Position numbers and translations under genes: made by a program. This document shows positions 1 to 9,530 of a stretch of 64,000 bases of DNA, in pieces. The stretch lies in assembly GCA_030528155.1 (NCBI GenBank), contig JAUMZL010000006.1, forward strand, positions 2,907 to 66,906. Reading direction: 5' to 3'. Origin of the DNA: Aerococcus sp. GTDB taxonomy: Bacteria > Bacillota > Bacilli > Lactobacillales > Aerococcaceae. The notes under the pieces were generated by a model. It worked only from the letters and a program-made list of their open reading frames with translations, had not been told where the DNA came from and made no database searches. How positions within the stretch are numbered: the stretch's first letter is position 1; every line of letters starts with the position of its first letter.

Positions 1-1
1 A

Positions 2-628
2 GCTGGGGTGTCATTGGAATTGTTCTCTGTTATCGGTCAATGGTTTATTGAATCGGTTGAACCACTCTCACAAGGGGTTACGGAATTCGCAACGAAACAC
101 TTTGGTAGTGAACGTACCTTCAACATTGGTTTGGACTGGCCATTTATCGCTGGTCGTTCTGAAATGTGGGCAGCAGCTAACGTTTTAGCGCCAATTATGC
201 TTTTAGAAGCATTGGTATTGCCTAAGAACGGTTTACTGCCATTAGGTGGGATTATTGCGATGGGCTTGACGCCTGCTCTGTTGGTGGTTACCCGTGGGAA
301 GATTATCCGTATGGTAGTAATCGGGGCAGTGCTCTTACCAGTATTCCTCTACTCTGGAACCTTGATTGCACCATTTGTTACCGATATGGCGAAACAAGTG
401 GGCGCCTTCCCAGAAAACTTAGGGGCAAATGCCTTGATCTCTCACTCTACATTAGAAGGTCCTATTGAAAAATTTGTGGCTTACTTCGTTGGGAAAGCAA
501 ACGGTGATGGCGGACAATTCATTCTATATGCAGTGATCGCCTTGGCTGTTTACTTATTACTCTTCATCTGGTATGCCCGTCAAATGAAGAAACGTAACGC
601 GGAATATGCAGCAAAAGCCGGCAAATAA
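2..628 (+). CDS. gatC: PTS galactitol-family EIIC component, C-terminal part (5' end lies upstream of the window)
   Basis: Frame is open from the window edge; hydrophobic; GatC-like motifs FNIGLDWPFIAG, LAPIMLL.A.VLP.N..LP, TRGKIIRM. Confidence 0.75.
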   Translation, partial: AGVSLELFSVIGQWFIESVEPLSQGVTEFATKHFGSERTFNIGLDWPFIAGRSEMWAAANVLAPIMLLEALVLPKNGLLPLGGIIAMGLTPALLVVTRGKIIRMVVIGAVLLPVFLYSGTLIAPFVTDMAKQVGAFPENLGANALISHSTLEGPIEKFVAYFVGKANGDGGQFILYAVIALAVYLLLFIWYARQMKKRNAEYAAKAGK

Positions 629-660
629 GCATTAGTGCTTTAACAAGATGAATAAATAAC

Positions 661-726
661 AAGGCTGACTGGCCAAAAACAGTGGACGTGATAAGAAATC
701 GCTGTTTCAAGCCAGTCAGCTTTTTT
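661..726 (+). terminator. Intrinsic terminator with extended stem
   Basis: GCTGACTGGC...GCCAGTCAGC inverted repeat, inner AAACAGTG/CGCTGTTT pairing, followed by T6. Confidence 0.8.
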
Positions 727-810
727 GTGAGTATCTGCAAACTCTAATAATCAATGACAAATTACAGTAACTATTTTGTTTCTGGCAATATACCGCTAGT
801 TCCTCCTCTT

Positions 811-894
811 TTGGATCGAACCACGAGATACGCTATAATAAACGAGAAGTCCCTGGCAACAATTTCCCAACCCGTTGTTGCTGGGGATTTTTTT
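811..894 (+). ncRNA. Candidate ~50-nt small RNA (promoter plus single hairpin plus T-run)
   Basis: TTGGAT(811-816)-17 bp-TATAAT(834-839); 14-bp stem 850-887 with C-rich loop TTCCCAACCC, then T7. Confidence 0.4.
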
Positions 895-987
895 CGTGGG
901 GACATTTTTGTGTACGTTCACTAGAAAACGCCACCATTCGCTTAATCATCAGCTGGATAAATCCGCTCTTCTTTTCTTTTTTATAAG

Positions 988-1054
988 GGGCTAAAGATAG
1001 TGTAAAGAAATCTCTAAAAGTTTCACACTATCTTTAGCTCTTTTTTTCTATGCT
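988..1054 (+). promoter_or_regulatory. kdp promoter region: putative KdpE box within a 14-bp perfect inverted repeat, -10 TATGCT
   Basis: GCTAAAGATAGTGT(990-1003)/ACACTATCTTTAGC(1025-1038); TAAAG direct repeats 11 bp apart; TATGCT at 1049-1054 with no recognisable -35. Confidence 0.5.
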
Positions 1055-1100
1055 TATAGCGAAATGAAGAGACGCATGAAGCGCAAAAGGAGACGATGAT

Positions 1101-1178
1101 ATGGAAATAATCGCTGGTCTCGTAGGATTGGGCGTATTAGGGTATTTATTCTGGAATTTATTTAGAGGTGATGAATAA
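1101..1178 (+). CDS. kdpF: KdpF-like 25-aa membrane peptide (MEIIAGLVGLGVLGYLFWNLFRGDE)
   Basis: AAGGAG RBS at 1087-1092; single hydrophobic helix; GYL..L..E pattern; stop overlaps kdpA start (TAATG). Confidence 0.8.
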   Translation: MEIIAGLVGLGVLGYLFWNLFRGDE

Positions 1179-2848
1179 TGGCAGACATTTGGTATCAAGG
1201 GCTACTGTTTTTGGTGCTGTTAATTGGACTGGCAGTTTTATTAGGCAGTGGGATGGAGAAATTGATCTTCGGAGAGGTGCCAAAGCCATTGCGGTTCCTC
1301 AAGCCGTTGGAAGAAGGCGTTTATCGCCTGATTGGGCCGATGAGTCAGCATGAGATGACGGCGAAACGTTATTTGTTTCAGTTATTAGCGTTTGAAGGCA
1401 TTTCATTTGTAGGGTTGACCACACTATTGATGGTCCAACACTATCTGCCAGGAGGACATGCGGTCTCTAATCTCTCGTTCTCACTGGCGGTGAATACGGC
1501 AGCGAGTTTTGTGACGAACACAAACTGGCAGTCTTATTCCGGTGAGTTGCAGTTGTCTAACCTCACGCAAATGTTGGGGTTAACGACGCAGAATTTCGTG
1601 TCGTGCGCGGTTGGGATGAGCGTATTGTTCGTGCTAGTACGCGCCTTCTGCCATGCCAACCATGCCTTGGTGGGGAACTTCTGGCAGGATTTGACCCGCA
1701 GCTTGGTTTACGTGCTATTGCCACTGTCCGTGATTTTAACCGTCATTTTGATGAGCCAAGGAGTTGTGCAGACCTTCCACAGTGGGGCAATGATTCATCC
1801 TCTGGAAGGAAGCGACAGTTTCTTACACTTGGGGCCAGCTGCGAGCCAGGTAGCGATTAAACAATTAGGGACGAATGGTGGTGGATTCTTTGGAGCAAAC
1901 TCAGCTTATCCGTTAGAGAATCCGAACACGTTGACCACATTAGTGGAATCGTTGGCGATTTTAGTCGTACCAGCGTCATTATTAGTGGCGTTTGGACGTG
2001 CCGTGAAGGATCACAAACAAGGCTGGCTATTGCTGAGCGTGTGCGTGCTTTTCTTAGCGGTGGCATTTATGGGCATCGCTTGGAGCGAAGTGCATGGGCC
2101 ACAGTTCCTTCATACAATCGGTATGGGAAACTGGGAAGGCAAGGAAGTCCGTTTCGGCATGGGCTGGTCGAGCATTTGGGCAGCAGCGACAACCGCGGCT
2201 TCGAATGGCTCGGTCAATGCGCAGATGGACAGTTTAATGCCACTCGGTGGGATGGTTCCAATGTTTTTGATCCAGCTTGGCGAAATTATTTTCGGTGGAG
2301 CTGGTAGCGGACTGTACGGGCTATTGGCATTTGTGTTATTGACGGTGTTTATCGCCGGCTTATTGGTTGGGCGTACGCCGGAATATCTCGGTAAGAAAAT
2401 TGAGGCCTTCGATATTAAGATGGTCAGTCTGGTAATCTTGACCCCGTTATTGATGATTTTGGTGGGCGCGTTAGGGATGGTGCTCTATCCAAACATTCAT
2501 GATTATCTGACGAACAGCGGACCGCACGCCTTTAGCGAAATTCTCTATGGGGCAACCTCATGGGGCGGTAATAACGGGAGTGCGTTCGGTGGGTTACTGG
2601 CTGATCTCCCATTTATCAATTTACTTGGGGCATTGTCCATGTTGGTAGGACGTTTTGTTCCATTGATAGCCGTTATCTTCCTCGCTGAGAATCTCGGCAA
2701 GAAGAAAAAGATTGCGGTCAGTTCTGGGACATTATCGACCACCACGCCAACTTTCTTGGTGACGCTGATTATCGTTATTTTGGTGATTGGAGCCTTGAGC
2801 TTCTTGCCAGCGCTAGCGTTAGGGCCGATTGCGGAAGCTTTTCTGTAA
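1178..2848 (+). CDS. kdpA: Potassium-transporting ATPase, K+-binding subunit A
   Basis: NTNWQSY, KQLGTNGGG, SNGSVN, NNGSAF pore-loop motifs; VGRTPEYLGKKIE. Confidence 0.97.
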   Translation: MADIWYQGLLFLVLLIGLAVLLGSGMEKLIFGEVPKPLRFLKPLEEGVYRLIGPMSQHEMTAKRYLFQLLAFEGISFVGLTTLLMVQHYLPGGHAVSNLSFSLAVNTAASFVTNTNWQSYSGELQLSNLTQMLGLTTQNFVSCAVGMSVLFVLVRAFCHANHALVGNFWQDLTRSLVYVLLPLSVILTVILMSQGVVQTFHSGAMIHPLEGSDSFLHLGPAASQVAIKQLGTNGGGFFGANSAYPLENPNTLTTLVESLAILVVPASLLVAFGRAVKDHKQGWLLLSVCVLFLAVAFMGIAWSEVHGPQFLHTIGMGNWEGKEVRFGMGWSSIWAAATTAASNGSVNAQMDSLMPLGGMVPMFLIQLGEIIFGGAGSGLYGLLAFVLLTVFIAGLLVGRTPEYLGKKIEAFDIKMVSLVILTPLLMILVGALGMVLYPNIHDYLTNSGPHAFSEILYGATSWGGNNGSAFGGLLADLPFINLLGALSMLVGRFVPLIAVIFLAENLGKKKKIAVSSGTLSTTTPTFLVTLIIVILVIGALSFLPALALGPIAEAFL

Positions 2849-2870
2849 TGTGTGATGAGGTGAAATAAGA

Positions 2871-4901
2871 ATGAAAGAAATGTATCGTTGGGCGTTAGTG
2901 GAGTCGATTAAGAAACTCCGCTTCCGCCAACAATTACAAAATCCAGTCATGTTTGTGGTGTACCTCGGGGCGATTGCGACGACGATTCTCTGTTTCTTCC
3001 CGATGTCTGTACCACTGTGGTTTGGCGTAGCGGTAACGATTCTGTTGTGGTTGACGCTATTATTCGCCAACTTTGCCGAAGCGATCGCTGAGGGCCGTGG
3101 GAAAGCGCAGGCCGATAGTCTGAAGAAAGCGCGTAAAGCGGTCATCAGCCATCGCCTGCAGTCACTGGATGACGTTAAAACGAAAAACTTTACGGATGTG
3201 AATTCCTCGGACTTACGTCGTGATGATTTGGTCTATGTCGCAAGTGGCGAACAGATCCCAGCTGACGGGGATGTTGTCGAAGGGGCAGCATCCGTTGACG
3301 AAAGTGCGATTACAGGAGAATCGGCGCCGGTGATTCGCGAATCCGGTGGGGACCGCAGTGCGGTGACCGGGGGAACGACGGTGGTATCCGACTACCTAGT
3401 GATCCGCGTGACCTCTGAGAGTGGGCATTCCTTTTTAGACAAGATGATTTCGATGGTCGAAGGGACCTCACGGAAGAAAACCCCCAATGAGATTGGTCTG
3501 CAGCTATTTTTAGTCACACTGACGATTATCTTTTTAGTCGTCGTGATGACGTTAGTGCCTTATACCACCTTCAGCGCTGGGGTGGCTGGACGCGGTGAGA
3601 CGCTTTCTTTGATTGTGGCGATTGCATTGTTGATCTGTTTAGCGCCAACAACGATTGGCGCGTTGATCTCCTCGATTGGGATTGCCGGCATGAGCCGCTT
3701 GACGCAGGAAAATGTGATTGCGATGAGTGGACGCGCGATTGAGGCGGCTGGTGACGTTGATGTACTGTTGTTGGATAAAACCGGGACGATCACATTAGGA
3801 AACCGCCGAGCTAGTGCCTTTTTACCGGTGGCAGGGGTTGATGAACAAACACTCGCCGATGCGGCTCAGTTGGCGTCACTAGCGGATGAAACGGCAGAGG
3901 GGCGCAGCATCGTGATTCTGGCGAAGGAACGCTTCAATCTGCGCGAGCGTCAATTCCAACAATCGGAAGTGGCGTTTATTGACTTTAGTGCGAAGACGCG
4001 TATGAGTGGGATTGACTACCGTGGCGACGTGATCCGCAAAGGGGCAGCTGACACGATGAAACAATACGTGGAAGGACTCGGCGGCGTTTATCCGCATGAT
4101 TGTGCCCAGATTGTCGAAAAAATTGCCAATGAAGGGGGCACGCCTCTCGTGGTGGTGAAAAACAAACAAGTCCTCGGCGTGATCTACCTGAAGGACATCG
4201 TGAAACACGGAGTCAAAGAAGAGTTCGCAGATATGCGCAAGATGGGGATCAAAACGATCATGATTACCGGGGATAACCCACTAACCGCAGCAGCCATTGC
4301 CGCTGAAGCAGGGGTGGATGATTTCCTCGCCGAAGCAACACCGGAAAACAAGATGGAATTGATCAAACAGTATCAAGAAAAAGGACATCTCGTGGCAATG
4401 ACAGGCGATGGGACGAATGATGCGCCCGCACTCGCGCAAGCCGATGTGGCTGTGGCAATGAACAGCGGGACGCAAGCAGCGAAGGAAGCGGGGAACATGA
4501 TCGACCTCGATTCCAGTCCAACGAAATTATTGCAGGTCGTACAGATCGGCAAACAGCTCCTGATGACCCGGGGTGCGTTGACCACCTTCAGCATTGCGAA
4601 CGACATTGCGAAATACTTCGCCGTGATTCCGGTGATTTTCTACAGCATCTATCCGGGGTTGGAGAAATTGAATATCATGCATTTAACGAGTCCTGAGACA
4701 GCCATCCTCTCGGCGGTGATCTACAATGCTTTCATTATCGTGGCATTGATCCCGCTCGCACTCAAAGGGGTACGTTATCAGGAAAAACCAGCGAGCCAGA
4801 TCCTGCGCCACAATTTGTTGGTGTATGGACTGGGCGGCATTATTGTGCCATTTATCGCCATTAAATTATTGGATATGGTGTTAACACTTATCATTGGATA
4901 G
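2871..4901 (+). CDS. kdpB: Potassium-transporting P-type ATPase subunit B
   Basis: DKTGT phosphorylation site, [23 protein letters not shown]. Confidence 0.98.
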   Translation: MKEMYRWALVESIKKLRFRQQLQNPVMFVVYLGAIATTILCFFPMSVPLWFGVAVTILLWLTLLFANFAEAIAEGRGKAQADSLKKARKAVISHRLQSLDDVKTKNFTDVNSSDLRRDDLVYVASGEQIPADGDVVEGAASVDESAITGESAPVIRESGGDRSAVTGGTTVVSDYLVIRVTSESGHSFLDKMISMVEGTSRKKTPNEIGLQLFLVTLTIIFLVVVMTLVPYTTFSAGVAGRGETLSLIVAIALLICLAPTTIGALISSIGIAGMSRLTQENVIAMSGRAIEAAGDVDVLLLDKTGTITLGNRRASAFLPVAGVDEQTLADAAQLASLADETAEGRSIVILAKERFNLRERQFQQSEVAFIDFSAKTRMSGIDYRGDVIRKGAADTMKQYVEGLGGVYPHDCAQIVEKIANEGGTPLVVVKNKQVLGVIYLKDIVKHGVKEEFADMRKMGIKTIMITGDNPLTAAAIAAEAGVDDFLAEATPENKMELIKQYQEKGHLVAMTGDGTNDAPALAQADVAVAMNSGTQAAKEAGNMIDLDSSPTKLLQVVQIGKQLLMTRGALTTFSIANDIAKYFAVIPVIFYSIYPGLEKLNIMHLTSPETAILSAVIYNAFIIVALIPLALKGVRYQEKPASQILRHNLLVYGLGGIIVPFIAIKLLDMVLTLIIG

Positions 4902-4913
4902 GAAGGGAAAACA

Positions 4914-5447
4914 ATGAAAAAAGGAATACTCGCCAGTTTACGGTTTTGGGTGTTGAGTGTGATCATGCTTGGGGGACTCTATACCCTATTGATGACGGGA
5001 ATTGGTCAGTTACTATTTCCGCAACAGGTGAATGGAAGTTTAGTGATGCAGGACGGACAAGTGGTAGGTTCGGCGCTCGTCGGTCAGTCGTTTAAGGGGG
5101 ATCAATATTTCTCTGGGCGTGACAATACGATTACTCAGCTTTCTCCTGTATCTGAGGTAGAAAAAAACAAAGTTGAAGCGCGGGTCGAACAACAATTGAA
5201 GAAAAATCCTACCCAACAAACGGTGCCAGTAGATCTCGTGACCGCACCCGGGAGCGGCGCTGATCCCCACATCAGTGTCGCGGCGGCGAAGTTCCAATCG
5301 GCACGTATCGCTTCGGTCCGCAATGTCTCACAGAGTCAAATTGACCACTTGATCGAAAGACATACTGAAACCGATTGGCTCTCAGAACGGCAATACGTGA
5401 ATGTTTTGTTACTGAATACGGCTTTGGATAATGAGATGGCAGATTAA
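4914..5447 (+). CDS. kdpC: Potassium-transporting ATPase subunit C
   Basis: N-terminal TM, GSALVGQSF, VPVDLVTAPGSGADPHIS; operon position. Confidence 0.93.
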   Translation: MKKGILASLRFWVLSVIMLGGLYTLLMTGIGQLLFPQQVNGSLVMQDGQVVGSALVGQSFKGDQYFSGRDNTITQLSPVSEVEKNKVEARVEQQLKKNPTQQTVPVDLVTAPGSGADPHISVAAAKFQSARIASVRNVSQSQIDHLIERHTETDWLSERQYVNVLLLNTALDNEMAD

Positions 5448-5563
5448 GAAGGACGATTCAAGTAACGCCAAGTCGTTAGTAGGGCTAAAAAACTAAGGGA
5501 ATGACTAATGACATTACTAGCGAAATAGCAGTAGAATAAGGCAGAAATAAGGGAGGCGAGAAG

Positions 5564-8134
5564 ATGCTAATTTATGAGGATGGGGCGATCCATGAACCGC
5601 GCCGCGGCAAGTTACGGGTGTTTTTCGGTTTTGCTGCAGGTGTAGGGAAGACTTATAGTATGTTGACGGAGGCCCATGAGTTATTAGAGGCCGGTAAGAA
5701 TGTAGTCGTGGGGTATGTGGAGCCACACGACCGACCGGAGACCAATCAGTTGTTGGAGGGGTTGCCGGCGATTCCACCACTGACGATTGAATACAAGCAT
5801 CTTCTGCTGAAAGAACCAGATATTGATCAAATCATTGCTGCTAGACCAGAGATTGTTTTGATTGATGAATTGGCACATACGAATGCCGCAGGATCTCGCC
5901 ACAAGAAGCGCTATCAGGATGTTGATGAACTCCTGCAGGCGGGGATTGATGTGATGACCACGCTGAATGTGCAACATTTGGAGAGTCTCAACGATGTGGT
6001 GGAGAAGGTAACGGGCATTACGGTACGCGAGACGGTGCCTGATACGATCCTGCAACAAGCGACCTTAAAGGTGGTCGATGTTGAGCCGGCTGAACTGATT
6101 CACCGTTTGGAACAAGGAAAAATTTATACCGATGCCAACACGCAGCGCGCCCTCCGCCACTTCTTCATGCCAGAGAAATTGGATCAATTGCGCGGATTGG
6201 CCATTCAACGCGCTTCGGACTACATTAACCGCATCAGCACCAAAACAGTGGGCATACAAAACCGCTTGTTGACCATCGTTAGCGATGAATTTCCGAAAAT
6301 GCGAGAGAAATGTATTCGCTGGAGCGCCCGCCTCGCCCAGGATATGGGGGCAGAGTGGACGGTCATGCAGGTGCGCAATTTAGAAGACACCGATACGGAA
6401 TTACCGCTCGCAGAGAAATTGGGCGCTCAAGTGATCAGTATCGAGGAAACCAATGCCTTTGAAACGGTGATTGAGTTTGCCAAGATGACAGGGATTACCG
6501 ATATTATTATTGGGAAGAACCGTCTTGCTCCGTGGTATGAGCGGATCTTTTTAGATGATTATGAATCCCGGATACTGCGCCGTTTGCCTGGAACTGAGGT
6601 ACATTTGGTGCCCTTTATGGAGAAGCGCCAGGGCAGTTGGTGGAAGAAACGCCAGCGTTTGGATGCCGAGAGTAAGGATTTCTGGATTGTTGGTGGTGGG
6701 GTACTGCTGACCACACTATTAACGGGACTATTGCAGCAACTCGGTGTCGATGAACAAAATTTGATGATGACGTATTTGTTCTTCATTCTGTTGGTGGCCA
6801 GGGCAACATCGGGGTATCTGTGGAGCGCCTTAGCGTCGGTGTTGAGTGTGGTATTCTTCAACTGGTTCTTCGTGGAACCGCTGCATTCGCTCACTATTTA
6901 TCAACAAGGCTACATTTTGACCTTGTTCATTATGCTGTCCGTTGCATTGATGATTAGTAATATTATGATGCGTCTCAAGAAGCAGGCAGAGCGGGCCTTG
7001 GCGCGGGAACATCGGTTGGATATGCTTTATGAATTGAATAAGCGCTACATTGTGGCAGAGGATCGCCAGGAAGTGCTTGATATTTCCACGAGCTATCTCT
7101 CCCGGCTATTGAACCGCGATGTGGTGATTTACAATGCGCATGTGCAGGTGGCTAGTTTCTACAGTGCAGGAGAGGCGAATTCGCCCTTATTGACGCGCGA
7201 AGAAGCCGCAGTGGCAGCGTGGGTAGCAGATAACCAGCGGATCGCGGGTTACGGAGCGGATACCCTGAGTGGAGCGAAGGGGTTCTACCTCCCGATTGTT
7301 GGTAGCGGCAAGACACTTGCCGTCTTGGGAATGACACGAAACCATCATTTGGAGCTAGAGAATGATCAATTGAACTACCTGCAGCTGATTGTGACGCAAT
7401 TAGCGGTGATTCTCGAACAGATGCAATTGAAATACGACAAGAAACAGGTAGAAATTGAGAACGAACGCGAAAAAGTCCGCGGAAACTTGTTGCGTTTAGT
7501 TTCTCACGACATTCGCACGCCATTGACCGTGATCAGCGGGACGGCAGAAACCCTCAGTCAAGAAGAGTCGATGCAAAGTGACACCACCAAACATCTGTTA
7601 CAGGATATTCAGGATGAAGCGCAATGGTTGATCCAACTCGTCAAGAACCTGTTGTCAATCACACGCATCGATAGCACCACGCAAAAAGTCGCCACTCAAG
7701 CGGAAGCAGTGGAGGAGATTGTTGAGGCGGTTTATCGTCACATCAAAAAAGCTTATCCCAAAGCCGATGTGACGGTGGACATACCCGATGAGGTGCTATT
7801 TGTAGAGGCCGATTCCATCTTGATCGAACAAGCCTTGTTTAACTTGATTGAAAATGCGATTCGGCATGGGGAAGCAAAGGCACCGGTGACGTTAGCGGTG
7901 ATGAAGCAAGGCGAAGAGATCGTCTTTACCGTGACGAATGCCGGTGAAATGCCGCTGGCGCATTATCAGCGCATTCAATCCAATCTCGATAACACCCGTT
8001 CTGTACCGGTGGATTCCAAGAATGGCTTGGGAATTGGGTTGAGTATTGTCAAAACGATTGTCCACGCTCATAATGGAAGAATGGAAATACAGGTGGCAGA
8101 TGGCCAGACTCGTATCAGTCTCTATTTGAAGTGA
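5564..8134 (+). CDS. kdpD: Sensor histidine kinase KdpD
   Basis: GKLRVFFGFAAGVGKTYSML, LIDELAHTN, 4-TM domain, GAF, SHDIRTPL H-box, GIGLSIV G-box. Confidence 0.95.
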   Translation: MLIYEDGAIHEPRRGKLRVFFGFAAGVGKTYSMLTEAHELLEAGKNVVVGYVEPHDRPETNQLLEGLPAIPPLTIEYKHLLLKEPDIDQIIAARPEIVLIDELAHTNAAGSRHKKRYQDVDELLQAGIDVMTTLNVQHLESLNDVVEKVTGITVRETVPDTILQQATLKVVDVEPAELIHRLEQGKIYTDANTQRALRHFFMPEKLDQLRGLAIQRASDYINRISTKTVGIQNRLLTIVSDEFPKMREKCIRWSARLAQDMGAEWTVMQVRNLEDTDTELPLAEKLGAQVISIEETNAFETVIEFAKMTGITDIIIGKNRLAPWYERIFLDDYESRILRRLPGTEVHLVPFMEKRQGSWWKKRQRLDAESKDFWIVGGGVLLTTLLTGLLQQLGVDEQNLMMTYLFFILLVARATSGYLWSALASVLSVVFFNWFFVEPLHSLTIYQQGYILTLFIMLSVALMISNIMMRLKKQAERALAREHRLDMLYELNKRYIVAEDRQEVLDISTSYLSRLLNRDVVIYNAHVQVASFYSAGEANSPLLTREEAAVAAWVADNQRIAGYGADTLSGAKGFYLPIVGSGKTLAVLGMTRNHHLELENDQLNYLQLIVTQLAVILEQMQLKYDKKQVEIENEREKVRGNLLRLVSHDIRTPLTVISGTAETLSQEESMQSDTTKHLLQDIQDEAQWLIQLVKNLLSITRIDSTTQKVATQAEAVEEIVEAVYRHIKKAYPKADVTVDIPDEVLFVEADSILIEQALFNLIENAIRHGEAKAPVTLAVMKQGEEIVFTVTNAGEMPLAHYQRIQSNLDNTRSVPVDSKNGLGIGLSIVKTIVHAHNGRMEIQVADGQTRISLYLK

Positions 8135-8143
8135 GGAATAATA

Positions 8144-8824
8144 ATGAATGCGACAGTGTTGTTGATTGAAGATGATCCGAATATCCAAGAATTCTTAGCC
8201 GTTGCCTTGGCACGGGAGAATTATCAACTCGTTATCGCCAATAGCGGCATGGAAGCTCTGATGCAGCTACAGGAGGCGACTATCGATTTGGTGCTTTTAG
8301 ATTTGGGATTGCCAGATATTGACGGGCTGGAGCTATTAGCGATCCTGCGCAAACGGAGCGATCTACCAATTGTGATTGTTTCGGCGCGGAGCGATGAAAC
8401 AGAGAAGGTCAAGGCACTTGATCTCGGTGCTGATGATTATATGACTAAACCCTTTGGCACGATGGAATTGTTGGCTCGCATGCGCACCGCTCTGCGTCAT
8501 CAGGGACAGGAGAGCAGTCAAGGTGTCATTGAAAATGGAGAATTAACGATGGATTTGGATCGCCAATTGGTCTATAAAAATGGCAACGAGGTGCATCTAA
8601 CCAAAACCGAATACCGCATCCTAGCACTCTTGTTCCAGCAAATCGGCAAGGTGGTCACCTATCAAAAACTGATGGCAACCATCTGGGGGCCGTACAGCGA
8701 TGAGTCGCAGGCTTTGCGGGTCAATATGTCTAATCTGCGCAAGAAATTGGAAACCGATACGCTTCAACCCGAATACTTGATTACTGAAATTGGGGTCGGG
8801 TACCGTCTGCGCGATCATCGTTAG
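8144..8824 (+). CDS. kdpE: OmpR-family response regulator KdpE
   Basis: LLDLGLPDIDG receiver, ADDYMTKPF, winged helix ending TEIGVGYR; follows kdpD. Confidence 0.93.
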   Translation: MNATVLLIEDDPNIQEFLAVALARENYQLVIANSGMEALMQLQEATIDLVLLDLGLPDIDGLELLAILRKRSDLPIVIVSARSDETEKVKALDLGADDYMTKPFGTMELLARMRTALRHQGQESSQGVIENGELTMDLDRQLVYKNGNEVHLTKTEYRILALLFQQIGKVVTYQKLMATIWGPYSDESQALRVNMSNLRKKLETDTLQPEYLITEIGVGYRLRDHR

Positions 8825-8880
8825 CAGCAAAGCAACGATCATCGCCATCGTAGAGTTATCGTCTGCGCGATAATCGTTAG
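8804..8880. repeat. 21-bp direct repeat duplicating the kdpE 3' end (1 mismatch, 35-bp gap)
   Basis: CGTCTGCGCGATCATCGTTAG (8804-8824) and CGTCTGCGCGATAATCGTTAG (8860-8880). Confidence 0.75.
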
Positions 8881-8995
8881 TGAGTCAGACAGCCACTGTT
8901 AAAATGCAAGCTCACATTAGTGAATGAGACAGGGTGTTGTGATGGCAAGCGCCCTTCTTACTAGTAGTCTTTATTTTTTACTATTCGGTCACTAG

Positions 8996-9026
8996 CCCCC
9001 GCTCATTCGGTTTGAGCGGGGATTTT
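8996..9026 (+). terminator. Terminator after kdpE
   Basis: CCCCGCTCA/TGAGCGGGG stem followed by ATTTT. Confidence 0.7.
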
Positions 9027-9047
9027 GGTGTAAAAACGAGTGAAATC

Positions 9048-9078
9048 TTGCCTTAGAGTGCACTCCAAGGTGTATAGT
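9048..9078 (+). promoter_or_regulatory. MerR-type promoter with NmlR/AdhR-like operator
   Basis: -35 TTGCCT, 19-bp spacer, -10 TATAGT; dyad CCTTAGAGTGCACTCCAAGG (9051-9070) within the spacer. Confidence 0.85.
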
Positions 9079-9110
9079 GAGCATAAGAAATGGAGATGGG
9101 GGATCAACCG

Positions 9111-9530
9111 ATGAATATCAATGAAGTCAGTGCCAAAATGAAGATTTCACCGGATACCTTACGCTATTATGAACGGATTGGCATAATCCCAAAGATCAAG
9201 CGCCAAGCCAATGGGTATCGTGATTATAGCGATAGTGACCTCAATTGGGTTCATTTTGCTAAGGTGATGCGGAGTGCAGGGGTGACGATTGAGCGCTTGT
9301 TGGCGTACATCAAACTCGTGCGTGCGGGAGATGACACGGTGACTGAACGCCAAAATTTATTGCGGGAACAACTCCAGCTGATTAACGATCAATTGGATAA
9401 ACTCACGGAAGCGCGCGATTTACTCCAATATAAAATGGACACTTATGCGACACATCTGGCGCGTTTCGAAACAGAAAAGCTGGTGCTCTCTCAAACGCCT
9501 ACGAGTGAAGAGGAGGAAGACCATGATTGA
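9111..9530 (+). CDS. MerR-family regulator, NmlR/AdhR subgroup
   Basis: MNINEVS..TLRYYERIGIIP..R..NGYRDY HTH plus coiled coil; start taken at ATG 9111. Confidence 0.88.
   Translation: MNINEVSAKMKISPDTLRYYERIGIIPKIKRQANGYRDYSDSDLNWVHFAKVMRSAGVTIERLLAYIKLVRAGDDTVTERQNLLREQLQLINDQLDKLTEARDLLQYKMDTYATHLARFETEKLVLSQTPTSEEEEDHD

Noticed and set aside
798-825. tRNA T-arm-like GGTTCGATCC and a GAGGAGG RBS on the minus strand
   Set aside because: No acceptor, D or anticodon arms; no start codon at a usable distance from the RBS, so neither a tRNA nor a type I toxin ORF is supported
988-1040. IS terminal inverted repeats
   Set aside because: Arms are only ~20 bp apart, with no transposase or target duplication; explained by promoter/terminator function
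900-1100. c-di-AMP (ydaO) riboswitch before kdp
   Set aside because: Only CGCTTAATC faintly resembles the 5' motif; the GGAGGAAC, GGGG and CAGCUAAC elements are absent
8804-8880. Mini CRISPR (21-bp repeat, 35-bp spacer)
   Set aside because: Only two copies, one inside kdpE coding sequence; no cas genes or leader
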